Source: Vicugna vicugna (Eukaryota). Taken from it: a DNA stretch of 64,000 nt. The first letter of the stretch is position 1, and every line of letters begins with the position of its first letter. Location of the stretch: the NCBI GenBank assembly GCA_013265495.1, contig MU057796.1, positions 496,001-560,000 of the forward strand, read 5' to 3'. The position numbers were made by a program, and so were the translations under genes. The notes under the pieces are model-generated. The model did not search any database, was not told the DNA's origin, and saw nothing but the letters and a program-made list of their open reading frames with translations. Below are positions 25,521 through 39,935 of the stretch, piece by piece.

Positions 25521-27264
25521 TTGTTTCTTACACAAGTAAGTCGATGGAGACAGGTTCTAAGTTGAAAGCATTGGATCCTGATAATTTTCAATTTATCTGG
25601 GAGGGAAGAGATCAGGCTTTTTTGAGATTGTACATATGTCTGAGAGGGTAGCCAAGTGACATGATATGATATGGGAGGACTTGAGAAGAATGGTGAAGGT
25701 TTGGAATAATGACCATGGGGTTTGCAACAGACTTTAGACACAAGAATTTGTGCATTTCCAGTATCACCAATCTTTTCAGGAGCCTGATCAGTCTCAGTAT
25801 TGGAAGGAATAGGTGAATGGTTAGCCGGAGCCAAGATTGGCCAGTTGTTGCTGAAGGTCAAGGGAGAAGAAAGGACTGATGATTCTAGGAAGACAGTAAA
25901 TAAATTGGTTAACCATGAGATCTAGACTGGGTAGGCAAACATGCAATGCCAGGAAGAGACTTATATTGCTTAGGGTTTAACAAAAAAGAGAGAAGACAAA
26001 TAAATGGAAAACTGTATGATCGGAATGGGAATAAGGTCACTAGAAAAATAAAGGATCTCAGTTAATAATTTTAGACATATACAAAAAGTGAAAAATGACA
26101 AGACCCAGGAGAGGCTCTTGAATTAAATAAGGATGGAGATCTCAAAACAATACCATGTGGAGCTATCCAGGGAAACTAAAATTAAAACGAGGCTTTCATG
26201 GTGTATGTGCCTAAGTCCTGTGTATGTAACACGTGGTTTCCTAATGGAGAGGATTTTTGTTTGTTTCTGATGTACCTGGAATATATCCTGGAAACCAGAA
26301 AGGAGGCTGCCTACTTTTCCTTGGTTGGTAGTTTGATCATCTTAAATAACTATAAAAAAGCCCTTTGTCTTTATCTCTCACACTAGTTGGCATTCTCTTA
26401 AAACAATCCACAATTTCTGCCAAAATATGTTCAGGAAATATGAGCGACTGCAGCTGGTGACCCCTTTAGATAACCACAAACTGAATCATGGAATACAGTT
26501 CAGCTGAGTAATAAAATATAATCAGATTGGCAGGCGGCATCAGACTCAGCCATGCCCATACAGATCTTCTTTTAACCCAGTTTAACAAGTGGCTCTCCAG
26601 GAGTTATTTATTTCCCCTGTCAACATTCCTATTGTGAAAATGACAGCCATCAAATCTCTTTTAGATCCTAATCCTATTCTTTTCTCTTCTGCCTCAGGTA
26701 GCAGAAAGCCTCATATAAGCAATATCGTTTCAGTCAGTTAAGTGATTTGTTTGACACTGATCATTTGCTTGAAGGAATAGCTATCATCTTAAAAAAAAAT
26801 AAATGTAACATCCCCCTCATTAGCCATGTAGTAAATTCAAAATAAATATCTGCAGCCAAAATCACTTTGAAATCTTATGAGGCTTGGATTAGTGTAGGTA
26901 GCCGTCCAACCAGCGGGAGTCTGCCACCCCATCCCAAAGTGCGTAATAAACTGCCAGTCTTAGTACTGCATCACCACAAGGTACTGTCAGACTGAGTTCC
27001 ACATTTCACTCTGAACACCACTCTTAGCAGAGATCTGGTGCTAATGGGGCCAAATGAGGACAGCGATCAGGAGGAGATGACCTTCAAACAGAATCCCAGA
27101 TATTTAATAGCAATGACAAGAATAAGATGCTATTAAATGGATTCATAGATTAAAAGGATAAGAAATTACAGGAAATCAATTTTTAGTTAGGGCCATCCCC
27201 TAGACAGATCCAATCTTAGGTCTAACCAAATATCTTTCATAATTTGGTTTGATTTTTTATAAAA

Positions 27265-27490
27265 AGAGCTAGTATTTATTGACTGTTTTCTCTGTGCTAT
27301 GTATAGTTCTTCGTCTTTCTTGTGTGTATGTGTTTTTTTTTTAACAATATGCAATATGTAATATTATTAGCTTCATTCTATGAACTAGAAAAATGAAGCT
27401 TGGAGAATTTAAGCAATTTGCCCAAAGGCTAGAAAGTGGAAGATCCAGAATTTGGACTTGGGTAGTTGGACTCTAGAGATTAAACTTAGT
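27265..27490 (-). mobile_element. MIR SINE
   Basis: gaaaaatgaagcttggagaatttaagcaatttgcccaaagg core. Confidence 0.6.
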
Positions 27491-27944
27491 AGCACCGTAT
27501 TAGTCTACCTATGCGGGCCCCTCTTTAGAACTGGATCCGGACCAGAAACGGAAGTATGCTGCTCAGGAGTTCTTAAATCCTAAAACAGAGAATTTTGAGC
27601 AACCAAGTTACTGAAATTAAAAGAAAATAGTGAGTTGTGCTTCTGGAAAAGTTCTATATGGTAACAAAGGCTGCCATTCCTGGTGTGACAAAAGAAAACA
27701 CTGGATAAATGGAAAAAAAATCGTATTTTCTCTTTAGAGGTATTAGAAGCAGTGGATTCTAGAGTGAGACAAGTCTTTCCCTGGTAAGAAGGGATCAGTG
27801 ACAGCTTTCATTACTAGCACACTTGCAAAAATTTCAGGGCATGAGCCGAGGCAGAAATATGCCTTCCATAGACAGAAGATCTTTGTTGAGACAAGGAGAA
27901 GCCAGCTAGATTTCTAATAGCTATTCATAGGTCAGTTTGAAATG

Positions 27945-28700
27945 TGGAGGGTGACTTCACTGATAAATTGTATCAAATATTAAAAAAAATTATACCCATC
28001 TTATACAAACATTTTCAGAGAGAGAAGAGGAATGATGTTTTATGAGATTAACATAATCCTCATGTCAAAACCTGACACTGGTATTACAGGAAAGAAAATT
28101 ATAGACCAATGCATCTCATAATATTAGACATAAAAATCCTTGAAATTTAGCCAATTGAATGCAGAAATACATAGGATTATACCTCTTGAACAAATGGGGT
28201 TTATACCCAGATATCAAGGTTAATAGTCAAGAATCAATCAGTGTAATTCACTAGCAAATAAAGAGAAAAAAATGCACTTCTCAATACGTGTAAAAAATAA
28301 AGGCATTTGTTACAGTTCAGCACCTATTCATTATAAAACCTTTTGGAATAGAAGGGAATTGTTCTAATAATGAACATCTGCAAAACCTATAGGTCACATT
28401 CTACTTAATGGTGACATGTAAGCATTTTCTTCTTAAGATTTGGGATGTGACAACAGTTTCCACTCTCACCCACTTCTATTTGATATTGTACTCAAAGACC
28501 TAGTTAGTGCAGTAGGGAAATAAAAAATAAATTTTTAAAAATCTAGATTTTTATTAGATTCTTCTAAAATATCCAAAACAATTTTAAAAATGAAGAAAGT
28601 CTGAGGAGTGATACTACAATTTCAAGATTTACTATACGTATAGCAACAACAATTAATACAGTGTGGTATTGAGAGAAAAATAGATATAAATTAATAAAAC
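27945..28700 (+). mobile_element. Old LINE-1 ORF2 (RT region) fragments
   Basis: Degenerate aaagaaaattatagaccaat, gtaagcattttcttcttaagatt and cacttctatttgatattgtact motifs. Confidence 0.7.
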
Positions 28701-28844
28701 AGGGGATAAATATAAATAACTTATTTTATATAATTTTCTTCTACTTAAGAGATTTTCTGTTATTTAACCATCAACCAAATCACAAATACATGATCATTAT
28801 AATATTGGGTATTCCTTTTCATTGATTTTTATGCTTTAATATCT

Positions 28845-29432
28845 TGTAGCAGGCAGAAATTTAAGATCACTCCATGACTTTAACTCCCTCATAGTGTTTT
28901 ATTACATAGTAAAGGGATTTTGAAGATGTAATTCAGGTTACTAATCTGTTGACTTTGTTATAGGGACATTATCTTGTTGTTCATAACCTAATCACACGAG
29001 CCCTTTGAGAGCAGAGTTTTCTTTGGCTGGTAGCGCAGAGGAGTGTAGAAAGACTGAAGGCACGAGAAAGATTCAATGAGGGAGGTTCATTGCTGAGATG
29101 GAGGGAGTCACAGGGAAGGACCTGACAGCAGCCTCTAGGTGCTAGAGCAGTCCCCACAGGCAACAGCCAGTAGGAAAATGAGGAGCTGAGTCCTGCAGAT
29201 ACAGGAACTCAATTCTACCATAAACTTGAAATGAGCTTGGAAAGTGGATTCTTTCCTAGGAGCTCCAGATAAAAGCCAAGCCTGACTGATACCATTAACT
29301 TTAGCCTCGTAGAAAACTCAGATGAACTTGCCTGTATTTTTTTATCTACAGACCTGTGAGATAATAAGTGAGTGGTGTTTTAAGCTGCTAAATTTGTGGT
29401 AATTTGTTAAACAGTAATATATAATTATTAAA
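28845..29432 (+). mobile_element. MaLR LTR (MLT1E-like)
   Basis: tgtagcaggcagaa start; aaagggattttgaagatgtaatt; gcagcctctaggtgctag; ttttaagctgctaaatttgtggtaatttgtta end. Confidence 0.78.
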
Positions 29433-32154
29433 GACTATTAATAAAGTTTTACAGTTTCTTCAGAAAGGTCCTGCATATCTCTTGATAGATACGTTTCTAA
29501 TTTATTTTTTATTACAATTGAAAATGTCAAGCTTTTTTTTTTAAGTTTGTACTTTGCAGTTTTGTTGCTTATTCATACATACAAGGTTTCTGAATACTGA
29601 TCTTATATTTAGCTGTTGAATCATCTGAATTGTTTTAATCATGTTCTTAGAAGTTCTAATAATTTGCATGGATTATCTTTGAGTTAGTCATATTGCCTGA
29701 AAGTAAAGAGAGCTTGCTTTCCTCCTTTCCAGTCCTCGTGTCTTTCATTAATTTTTCTTCTCTATTTCTAGTTTGTAAGCACCTTAAAGATAATAAGTAT
29801 CGAATTTTACTAGATGCTTTCTCTGCTTTGAAATCAATGATTATATAATTTTTCTCTTTTAATCTATTAAATTGTTATTGAATTCCTAGGATATGCTTTG
29901 GTCACGTTCATTTATCTTCTTTAACTATTATTGGATGGGGTTAAGCAAGATACTTTTCGTGATAATCTCGCTTAGTTTCGCTATCCTAGTTACTAATTTC
30001 AGAATTAGTTGAGCTATAGTTAGTTTTTAGATTTTTTACTGTTTGGCTCACAAATGCATAAAATTTAATCACAATCCTTACTTCATGACACACCATCATC
30101 TCTAGTCATTGCATCCATTTAATATCTATTTTTGTCTATCCATTTAAATATTTAACATTCATATACCCACTTCATACTTCAGGACATATAATATTATTCA
30201 TAACTTATACATAAACTATATTCTAATCCCCTACCCCATTGTCTACTTATTCCTCAAAGACAGCCATTTCTGTGATTTTTATACTTTTCACTTCCTTTCT
30301 CAGTTATTTGATTGCTTCTACTCACATATATGTAGGGATAAATAAGAGTATAGTGTTTCTCATTTTTGAGTATTTAAAGAATTGATCATATTCTAGGTCA
30401 TCTTCTGAGACTTGGCTTTGTCATTTTGAGTTACATTACTAAAATTTATTCATAATGCTGAATGTAGCTCTAGTTCTTTCATTTTCACAGTTTGAAATGG
30501 GAAATATCCTGGGAATATAATACAAAAGTGCACAAATCACACATGTTTAGCTCAGTGAATTATCACAAAGTGAACACAGTCAGATAGCCACCATATAAAT
30601 TGCAGAACAAAGCTTACCAGCATCCCAAATGCCCTCCACATGCCCCTCATAATCACTGTCTCCCACTCTACAGAGGTAATCCTCTACTGACTACTAACGT
30701 CATAGGTTAGGGTCCAGGTTTTTTGCATTTGTCTGTTAACTCACAAGGTTGAGCACTTTTTATATGTTTAATGGCCACTTGGGTAGTCAGTTTTGGGAGG
30801 TAACTGCTTATGTTTTTAGCTAATTTCCTATTAAATTGATACATTTTAATTAGAGGAGTTTTTTAAAAAGTAAGTTCTGAATATGAGTCATTTGTCAGGT
30901 ATGTGTCTTATAAATATCTTTTAATACCCTATAGCTTGCACTTTTACTCCCTTACTAGTCTTTTGATTGAAGAGAAGCACTTATATTTAACTAAATCAGT
31001 ATAAATCTTTCCTTTAATGGACAGGCTATGTATATATAAGAAACTTTTCGTGCTCCAAGATGAGGAAGATGGCATCTTGTGTTACTTTCTTTATTATCTG
31101 TATCTTTATTATGTTTATCTTTTGCATTTCAGTTTACAAGCTATTTGAACTCGATTTTTGTAATGGCACAAGGTAAAGATCAAAGTTTACTTTGTTCCAT
31201 ACAAACAACCTAATGTTCCAGCATGATTCATTGAAATGATCACTCTTTCCCCACTGCATTATTGTGTGACCTTGTTATAAATCAGGTGACTGTACAGGTG
31301 GAGGTGTGTATGTTAAGTCTCTTTCTGGACTCTCTGTTCTGATTATTTGTCTATCTTTATACCAATTCTAAGTTATATTTATTGCTGTAGCTTTATAATT
31401 CTTACTATCCAATGGAGTAAGTTCTTCAGCTTTATTCTGTACATTCAAAGATCTCTCAATTATTCTTAGCCCTTTGCATTTCTATACACATTTTAGGATC
31501 TTCTTATCAATTTTTTTTACAACATAAAGACTACTGGGATCTTGGTTAGAATTACAGTAAATTCATAGATCAATTTGGAGAGAGAGGATATCCTGATAAT
31601 CTGATCTCTGAGCACAGTATATAATTCCATTTATTTAGGTCTTTAATTTCTCTCAATAATAGTTTTAGGTTTCTGTGTTGAGGTCTAAAACACATTTTAC
31701 TACATTTATTCTTAGGAATTTAATGATGTTTGATGCTATTATAAATGGTACATTTAAAATTTTCATTTTTGAATTGTTTGAATGTAGAAATTCACTTGGT
31801 ATATGCATATATTTATGTGTATAAATGTGTATGTGTCTTAACTGCTATCTATTAGTTAGTTCTCTCCCAACTGATTTACCTGTGACTCTAAAAATTACGA
31901 TATGCATCCCTGACTTATTAAATTATAATCTAGTCTGTACTTTATTACTTCTTGTGTGATTTAAGGACCTTAGAACATTTACCTCTATTCATTATGCTTT
32001 ATTTTTTGTGCTATTGTTATTATGCATTTTAATTCTATATAAAATATGAATGCTGAAAGTCAAGATTATCATTGTTTTTTTACACTCAATATTCTCTTTA
32101 TTTTCCACTTGTTTACCCTTTCTTTTGCTCATTTCTCCATGCTTCTTTGTATTT

Positions 32155-32460
32155 CTTTTTTTTAACATTTTTTATTGATTTATAATCATTCTACAATGTT
32201 GTGTCAAATTCCAGTGTAGAGCACAATTTTTCAGTTATACATGAACATATATATATTCATTGTCACATTTTTTCCCTGTGAGCTACCATAAGATCTTGTG
32301 TATATTTCCCTGTGCTATACAGTATAGTCTTGTTTATCTATTCTACAATTTTGAAATCCCGTCTATCCCTTCCCACCCTCTGCCCCCTTGGCAACCACAA
32401 GTTTGTATTCTATGTCTATGAGTCTGTTTCTGTTTTGTATTTATGCTTTGTTTGTTTGTT
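32155..32460 (-). mobile_element. Short young LINE-1 3' end
   Basis: Reverse complement of the 11440-11730 type 3'UTR; poly-T at 32155-32163. Confidence 0.9.
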
Positions 32461-32642
32461 GAAATTTGGACACAAACATAGAGGGAAGAACATAAGACAC
32501 AGGGAGAAGACAGCTAACTGCAAGCCAAGGAGAGAGAACTTGATCTTTGATTTCCATCCTTTGAAACTGTGGGAAAATAAATTTCTGTTGAAGCCACCTG
32601 GGCTGTGATATTTTGTTATGGCAGCCCCAGCAAACTAGTACA
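32461..32642 (+). mobile_element. 3' half of an MLT1B/C-like LTR
   Basis: gaaatttggacac...caagccaaggagaga...aaataaatttctgttg...ttttgttatggcagccccagcaaactagtaca. Confidence 0.72.
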
Positions 32643-35600
32643 ATCTTCTGCTGCTTCTGTTGAGAAGTCAGCTGTCTGTCTCATTGTTTATCCTTTGAAG
32701 GTATCATGTGTTTTTCTCTTGGCGATTTTTAAGTTTCTCTCCACGTATTTTGTTTTCAACATTGCAGTGTGATAAGCATAGGTATGATTTTCCTGTTTTA
32801 TTCTACCTGTGCTTTGTAGTGGTCCTTGAACCTGTAGACACCTTGGGTCAGTTTTATAATGTTCTAGACCATTATCTCTTCAAATATTGATTCTTCCCTA
32901 TTCCAGCTGCCCTAATTTCTAGGACTTTGATTTTTCAGGTATGTTAAAAATTTTAACTATATGCCATAAATCTTCTATGTTCTTTTTTAACCTTTTGTCT
33001 CTGTTTCAGTTTAAATATTTTCTTCTTATCTATAATAAAATTCACCAAAATTGTGCTGGCTGTGTCTAATTTGCTGTTAAATCCACCTGTTTATTTCATA
33101 ATTTGTTATATTGTTCTGTTTCAGTATTTTCATCAGATTCTCTTTTTATAATTTTCAGTCCTGACAAAATTCATAGCTATTTTAAATTACTATTGCTATT
33201 CTAATATTTTGATTTCCTCTGAAACAATTTCAATTCACTGTTCTTAATTCTGCTCATCAATTTTCATCTTCTTATTCACCTGGTTGTCTTTTTCTGAATC
33301 CCAGGGATTATTAATGAAACCCTGAAAGAGCTAAATTGAGATTTTGAATAGTATATTTTTCTTTACAGAGGACGTAGTTTCTAGCAGACATTTAGGATAC
33401 AGGCAGATCACTTTAAAGCAAACAGGGATTCACTTGCTTCCAAAAGTTGGTTTTCAGTCTTCCTGTGCGTAGATCTATTTCAAGTTTATCTTTACACTCA
33501 CGTGTTGCCTTTTCACGGCCCTGGTTGAAAGCCTGAAGTTTCTTTTCTTTTCTTTCTTTTTTTTTTTTTCACAATAGCCACTATTCATTATGGCCATTTA
33601 CCCAATCCAAGCACAACTTTCTTCTAAGCTTTTCAGCCTCTCAGATGTTGCTTTTGAATTAGCAAGTATTTTATGTAAAAAAGGAGCATGAAATGCTGTG
33701 CTTAATCCTCTGGATTCTACAGTTTATGCTGCCATCGGGGACTGTTTTCTTTTAAGAGTTAAGTATTTCTTATAGTGAGGGTCTTTTGGAAAGACTATCC
33801 ACTGTTGTTTGTCTTGGAATATCTTTGTTTCATTTTGGAAGCATGGGTATAGAATTCAAGGTCAGTATTTTTTTTTTCACTACTTTAAAAATATTGTTCT
33901 GTTGTCTTGGTTTGCATACTTTCTGCTGTGAAAGCAGTCAGATACCTCATCCCTATTCCTATGAAGACACATCTATTCTCCAGCTGTTTCAGACTTTCTA
34001 TTTGGTTTTGACCTTGCTGTGGTTTTCTTTTTATTGATTCTCCTCTTGGTTCCCTGAGCTTTTAGAATTTGTGGATTGATGTCTTTCATTGGTTTCATTT
34101 TTTTTTTGACAATTATATCTTCTAATGTTGCTTCTGTCTCATTTTTTATCTACTCTCCTTCTGATACTCCAGTTGTATATATGTATGTTAATCTCTGTTT
34201 TGTTCTTTACAATTTTCCCTCTTTGTATTTTGGGATATTGTCTTTTAATCTACATTTTATTTTTTACTTCTTTTGTGTTTTAGGCTTTTTCACTAACTTA
34301 CCCTCAGGTTTACTCATCCTGTCTTCTGCTGTGTTTAGTAAAATTTAGTCCATCTCTGGTTCATCCTTGTGCCTCAGGTTTTGGCTCTCCTTGACTTTTG
34401 ATCTCTTTAGCCCCAAGATTCATACAAGAATCAGTTCTGTTCTTTGGGGATTTTTAGCTCAGTGCTTTAGTTCCTACCCTACATGACTCAAAATCTGGCA
34501 CATGTCTTGAGAAAAAAAAATATTTATGTCTAGTTTTCTAATTCCAGCAATTCTTGTGCACCATAGGAGATTTTATTCTGTCATCTATAAATTTCTTGGC
34601 TACTCCTTAGTGTCTTGCAGAATTCCAGAACTTAGCTAACACCTCATGGTATAAACTCACCATTTGTTTGGGAATCTTCCCATTTCTAATTGATCACATC
34701 TGTCAAAACTCTACTGGTTTCTCTTTTCCACACTTGGGTGCCTTTACCTGAGCTGAGTGGATTCTCACCTCCCTTTAGAATCAGTAAATGCCTCCAGGGC
34801 TGTAAATGGCTAGCATTTATCAACCCAGACAAGAAGGGATCTTTCTTAGTGGAAATTTAGTTAACTGAATTCTTATGATTTCTGTGGTAAGTTAACTGAA
34901 ATTCTTATGACTTACATAAACCCATTTTTTGTTTGTTTGTTCTTATTGTTGCCCTGCTGAAGTACAACAAGCCCTATTTAGAAGTAGACGTGTGTGACTG
35001 GTGAGAGCAGATCTGCTATCCTTTGTGCTACAGTTTCCCTGTTCCTTGAGTCAGGCAGTCAGTGTGGGGACTCTTTCAGTTGTTCAGGGCATTTAGTCCA
35101 TCTATGTTATGCAAGAGCTTGGATAAGATTTACTATGTATCTTTGGGTACATAAGGCCTCCTAAAAATAGCCAAACTCCATTTATTACCTGAAACTCCAT
35201 TTACTGCTGTTCTGATATAGTCCACAGTTATATAGACTTGATTATTGTGCATTTATCAATCTCAAGAAAATAATATTGGCTAAATTAGTATAAAAATCCT
35301 CTAATCCCCCCCCCCCATTTATCACCAACATTTAGTTACTTCCTTTCTCTAGGTGCTAGTATGAAGGTCAGTGGCTCCACATCCTTTAGTAAAGGCTAGG
35401 AGGAATGCTCACAGTACACTCTTGTATGGTGTAACAGAGCCTTTCACGAGGTACACTGAGCTTCCTGACTTTCAAGGGCTCTACCTTTGTGAACGGGACC
35501 AGCTTGAGGGGTAGGGTAAAGGATTATGACAAAACAAGTAGTTCAGGTGAGGCCTCTGATTAGATATCTTTGAGAAATTTTGTGTTACATACCAAATAAC

Positions 35601-36589
35601 TCTTTTATGAGTCCCTTGCTGATTTTATTTCTACAAACCCTGTGATTATTTATCCATAACTAGAGATATCTGCAGTTTGAACAAGTCTTAAAGATATGAT
35701 GCCTAGACCTTTCTCTTGCCTATCAGTCTATCTGCCCACTTTATTTCTTTGTTTAGGGTTTGCCTCTAGGCTGAGCCACTCCAAAGACCTATTCCTATTC
35801 ATTACATTTCCACTCCTCTCTACCAGAATTCATGGCCTACAGAAACCTGCCTATAGACTGATTTTTTTTTTAATGTGAGTGCTTCTCTCTTCAATATATT
35901 CCGTAAGGGATAGTTTGGGGAACATGGGAGAAAATAGAGAAAGAAAAAAGTTGCACTTGCATTTCTGAGATAAACCCTACTTGATCATGTTGGATTATTC
36001 TTTAATATTACAGTAGAGTTGAATTTCAGTTTCTTTGTGTTATTTAGGATTTTAACAGCCACATTCATAAGTTAGTATAGTTTCTTTTCTATGTTAGGTT
36101 AAGTTATAAACTGCTCCATCTTATTCTTTGCATTCTGTTCCTTAAAACTAGAAGTTTAATTTGCAAGAATTCATTCATTACAGTAACTGAGAAGACTGTT
36201 TTAGAGAAAATTCTCTGACAAATTTTTAAATGTACTCAAATTTTAATTTCTCAATTAAAATTTTGGTTATCTTATTTTTTTTCCTGAAAACCAAATAAGA
36301 TTTTCAAAAATCAAAACCACTGTCATGAATATTATTCCCTTGTGATTTTAATTCCCTCCATATTTGTTCTCTCTGTTTGTATTTGTTCTATTTTAGATTT
36401 GCAGTAGATGTATTTCTAATATTTTTATTAGATGTAGCTCCTATATTTATTTATAAAAATGGCTGTTTTCTCTAGTTGTGCTGTTATGTTTACTTTCACT
36501 CATAATATAATGTGGCTCTTGTCATCTTCCGTAGATCTTGAATTTCCCCTTTAGTTGATTCATGTTTACTAATGAAAATTAAAAAAAAA

Positions 36590-37565
36590 ATTTTTATTGA
36601 ATGAAGGAGTCTTTGAATTCTTTTGTGCTTTACAATTTTCAAAAGTTTCACAGACATAATTTCATATAACCCCATAATAACTTTCTTTTCCTCCTACCTC
36701 TATATTGCCCCTCCCATCTTCTCTCTCCCCACTGGTAACCACAAGTTTGTTCTCTGTATCTATGAATATACTTCTTTTTGTTTTATTAACTAGTTTGTTG
36801 TATTTTTTAGGTTCCACATATAATTTTGTTGTATTTTTTTTAGATTCCATAATACAGTATTTGTCTTTCTTTGTCTGACTTATTCCACTTAGCATAATGT
36901 CCTCCAAGTCTATCTATGTTGTTGCAAATGGCAAAATTTCATTCTTTTTGTATGGCTGAGTAGTATTCCACTGTACAAATGTACAACATCTTCTTTATCT
37001 GTTCATCTGTTGATGTACACAGGTTTCTTCCATACCTTGGCAACTGTAAATAATGCTGCTATGAAGATTGGAATGCATGTATCTTTTCAAATTAGTGTTT
37101 CTGTTTTTGTTTTTCTGGTATATACCTAGCAGTGGAATTGCTGATATTATGTTACTTCTATTTTTAGTTTATTGAGGAAACTCCATAATGTTTTCCTCAG
37201 CGACTGCACCAATTTTCATTCCCACCAACTGTGTATGAGGGTTCCCTTTTTTTCCACATCCTCACCAACATTTGTTACTTGTGCTCTTTTTGATGATAGG
37301 CATTCTGATCATTGTAGTTTTGATTTGCATTTCCCTGATGATTAGTGATATTGAGCATTTTTCATTTGCCTGTTGGCCATCTGCATTTCTTCTTTGAAAA
37401 AATGTCTATTTAGTTCTTCTGTCCATTTTTTAATTGAGTGGTTTTTTTTTTTGGTATTGAGTTGTATGAATAGTTTATGTATGTTGGATATTAACCCCAT
37501 ATAGGTTATCATTTGCAAAGATCATCTTCCATTCAGTAGGTTGTCTTCTTGTTTTGTCATTGGTT
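36590..37565 (-). mobile_element. LINE-1 3' portion (intermediate age)
   Basis: Antisense 3'UTR and ORF2 end (LEDIMLSGISQTKKDKYC). Confidence 0.85.
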
Positions 37566-38889
37566 GAAACTCTAAATTTATAAATTTTCTTGAATATAGT
37601 TTGGAAACATAAAATAACTTTTGTTATAGCTGAACATACAGTATTTGCTTAGTGTAAGCATCCATCAATCTCTTCTCACCCACCACCTAAGTTTGGTTAT
37701 TTCCCTTTCTTTTGATGATTATTTAGGTTAGTGGCCCCCCATTTTCTTTAGAAAAGGCTAAAAGAAGTGTCCATGGGAAGTCCTGTGTAAATCCATTGTG
37801 ATTTACCAAAGTTTATGAGTGGAGCTTTAACCTATTTCTATTTTTTACTACTAAAAATAATGCACAGTGAATAAACTATGCATTAGTCATTTTATGCTTT
37901 TGCTAGCATATCTTTGGCATAGAGTCAAAGAGGTAGGGATACTGTGTCAAAGGGATATACATGTCAGCACATTCAGATATTTCCAAATTCCCCACCATAG
38001 GGAGTTATACAAATTTGCATTTATATGCTTATTACCAATATATGAAAGTATTCCTCACAGTCTTGGCTGAAGACTATATTGCCAAACTTTCACATTTTAG
38101 CCAATTGAACTGAGTAAAGAGATTATTAGATAGATCTTTGATGGAGTACGTTATGTTTTCCATCTATTCATCTCCACAGAATTGATCATCACAACAAATT
38201 TTGTTATTTTTAGTAAGAAGTAAAAGGCAAAAGTGGTATATTTTTCTCTGTGTTTAAACACAGATGAATGAAATAGAATGGTTACAGCAAAAGTGATAGA
38301 TACATATGGTCATTTCAGAAGGTCTATATTAACAGTGAAAAGGGAAAGGGTGTACAATACAATTTAAAACTCTTTGATGAATATTATGTAAGTATTCAGA
38401 TAACCATTTGTAAATGTGCAATCCCAAACTGTTGTCTAAGTTTCCCAAGTTTTAGTAGAAAGAAGACAAAAGAAGGTGATTTCTTATCCTGGCTTCATAA
38501 TCATGAAACAAGAACAGGACACCAAGGGAGAATAGAAGGCTTTGCCAATATATCCTGCAATTTTCTGTTAGAAAATAGAGCTGGGAAGATAATTTCCTGT
38601 TGACAATAGGATTGTAAAATCATCTTTCAGTATTGCATATTAAATAAAATAATGTAATCTGGTGCATGTTCTGAGTATAGCAGTTTATTAAGTTAAAACT
38701 TATAGAATCTTCAACTTTCAGTGTCTTAATATATTATGTGACTATTTCTTACTCACAAAATATTCATATGTAAGTGTCACCAGTCAATAACAACTTTCTT
38801 ACACAAACAGATTTAGGAACCAACAGTTCTTTCATCTTGTGGCTCCACCACTACCTTGAGTCATGGGATGTAGAGAATTGAAAGATAGG

Positions 38890-39258
38890 TGTCTTAGTCC
38901 ATTCAGGCTCCTGTAACAAAACACTGTAGACTGGGTGGCTTATAAACAACCAAAATTTATTCCTCATACTTCTAGAGGGTAGGAAATACAAGATCATTGT
39001 GTTGGAAGATTCAATGTCTGGTAAGGATCCACTTTCTGGTTTATAGAGACATCTTGCTTGTGTGTCCTCAGATGGCAAATAGAGCAAGCGAGCTCTCTGG
39101 GATGTCTTTTATGATGGTAGTAATTTCATGCATGAGGGCTCCACCCTCATGACCTAATCACCTCCCAAAGTCATCTCTTCCAAATACTGTCACATTAATG
39201 GTTAGTTTTCAGCATGTCAATTTGGGGAGTGTGGAGTACAAATATTCAGTCTATAGCA
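38890..39258 (-). mobile_element. MaLR LTR (MLT1A/MST-like)
   Basis: tgtcttagtccattcaggct...ctgggtggcttataaacaac...catgagggctccaccctcatgacctaatcacctcccaaag...attcagtctatagca. Confidence 0.82.
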
Positions 39259-39599
39259 ACAGGTGTCGAAAATAAATCCATCATTCTCCAAAATACTGGG
39301 CTAGAAGTGACACTCAACACTTCCACTTGCATTGCATGGGTGAACACTAGACATGTGGCTACTCTTGAAGAATGCAGTGAGCAGTAGGGAGTAAGCAATG
39401 ATATATATTTTCTATCTGGGAGGCAGTTTCCCTGCAATAGCCCTATAGGTGGAAGCAGAATTCGTGGACCTGCCATAAACAGAAGGGAACTATTAACTGG
39501 TGAGTCAGAAACCATGAGCAAGCCACTTCTTTATTGTCTTTATTGATGGAGGAGTCTGGAAATCTAAAATACTAGCTTTTTCAGCCCAAATTCACCTAA

Positions 39600-39935
39600 G
39601 GATGATGAATGATACATTTTTGGATCACAAGATGTGGCTTAAAGTCCTTGTCCACCTTAAGGAGACAGCTCTTTATCCCTTTGGTCTTCCACCATTTTTT
39701 GCCTAGAGTATGACAGAGAGGCCCATAGCTAATGATCATGAATATGAAGGTCCTCACATCTAGGAGAGGAAAGATGGAAGGAGCTTGGATCAATGACACT
39801 GTTATGAGCTTGCATCAGCCTCAGTTACCTACTTCTGGACTTTTCTGTCATATGAAGATATTAACTACATCCCTCTTTCTTTCAATGATGATTTATTGAA
39901 GTTTCAGTTAGTTGCAGCAGCAACCTAACTGATAA
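39600..39935 (+). mobile_element. Old MLT1 (J/K-like) LTR fragment
   Basis: aagatggaaggagcttggatcaatgac...ctacttctggacttt...ttagttgcagc..cctaactgata. Confidence 0.5.

Larger units (their letters stand above)
29435..34400 (-). mobile_element. Patchwork of ancient LINE-1 (L1M/L1ME-like) fragments hosting younger insertions
   Basis: T-rich strand with degenerate antisense L1 motifs (ttcatagatcaatttggagaga, ttccatttatttaggtcttt, tgttgagaagtcagctgtc). Confidence 0.6.

Noticed and set aside
34860..35205. Short direct repeats (gttaactgaa(a)ttcttatga x2; aaactccattta x2)
   Set aside because: Ordinary micro-duplications with no further structure.
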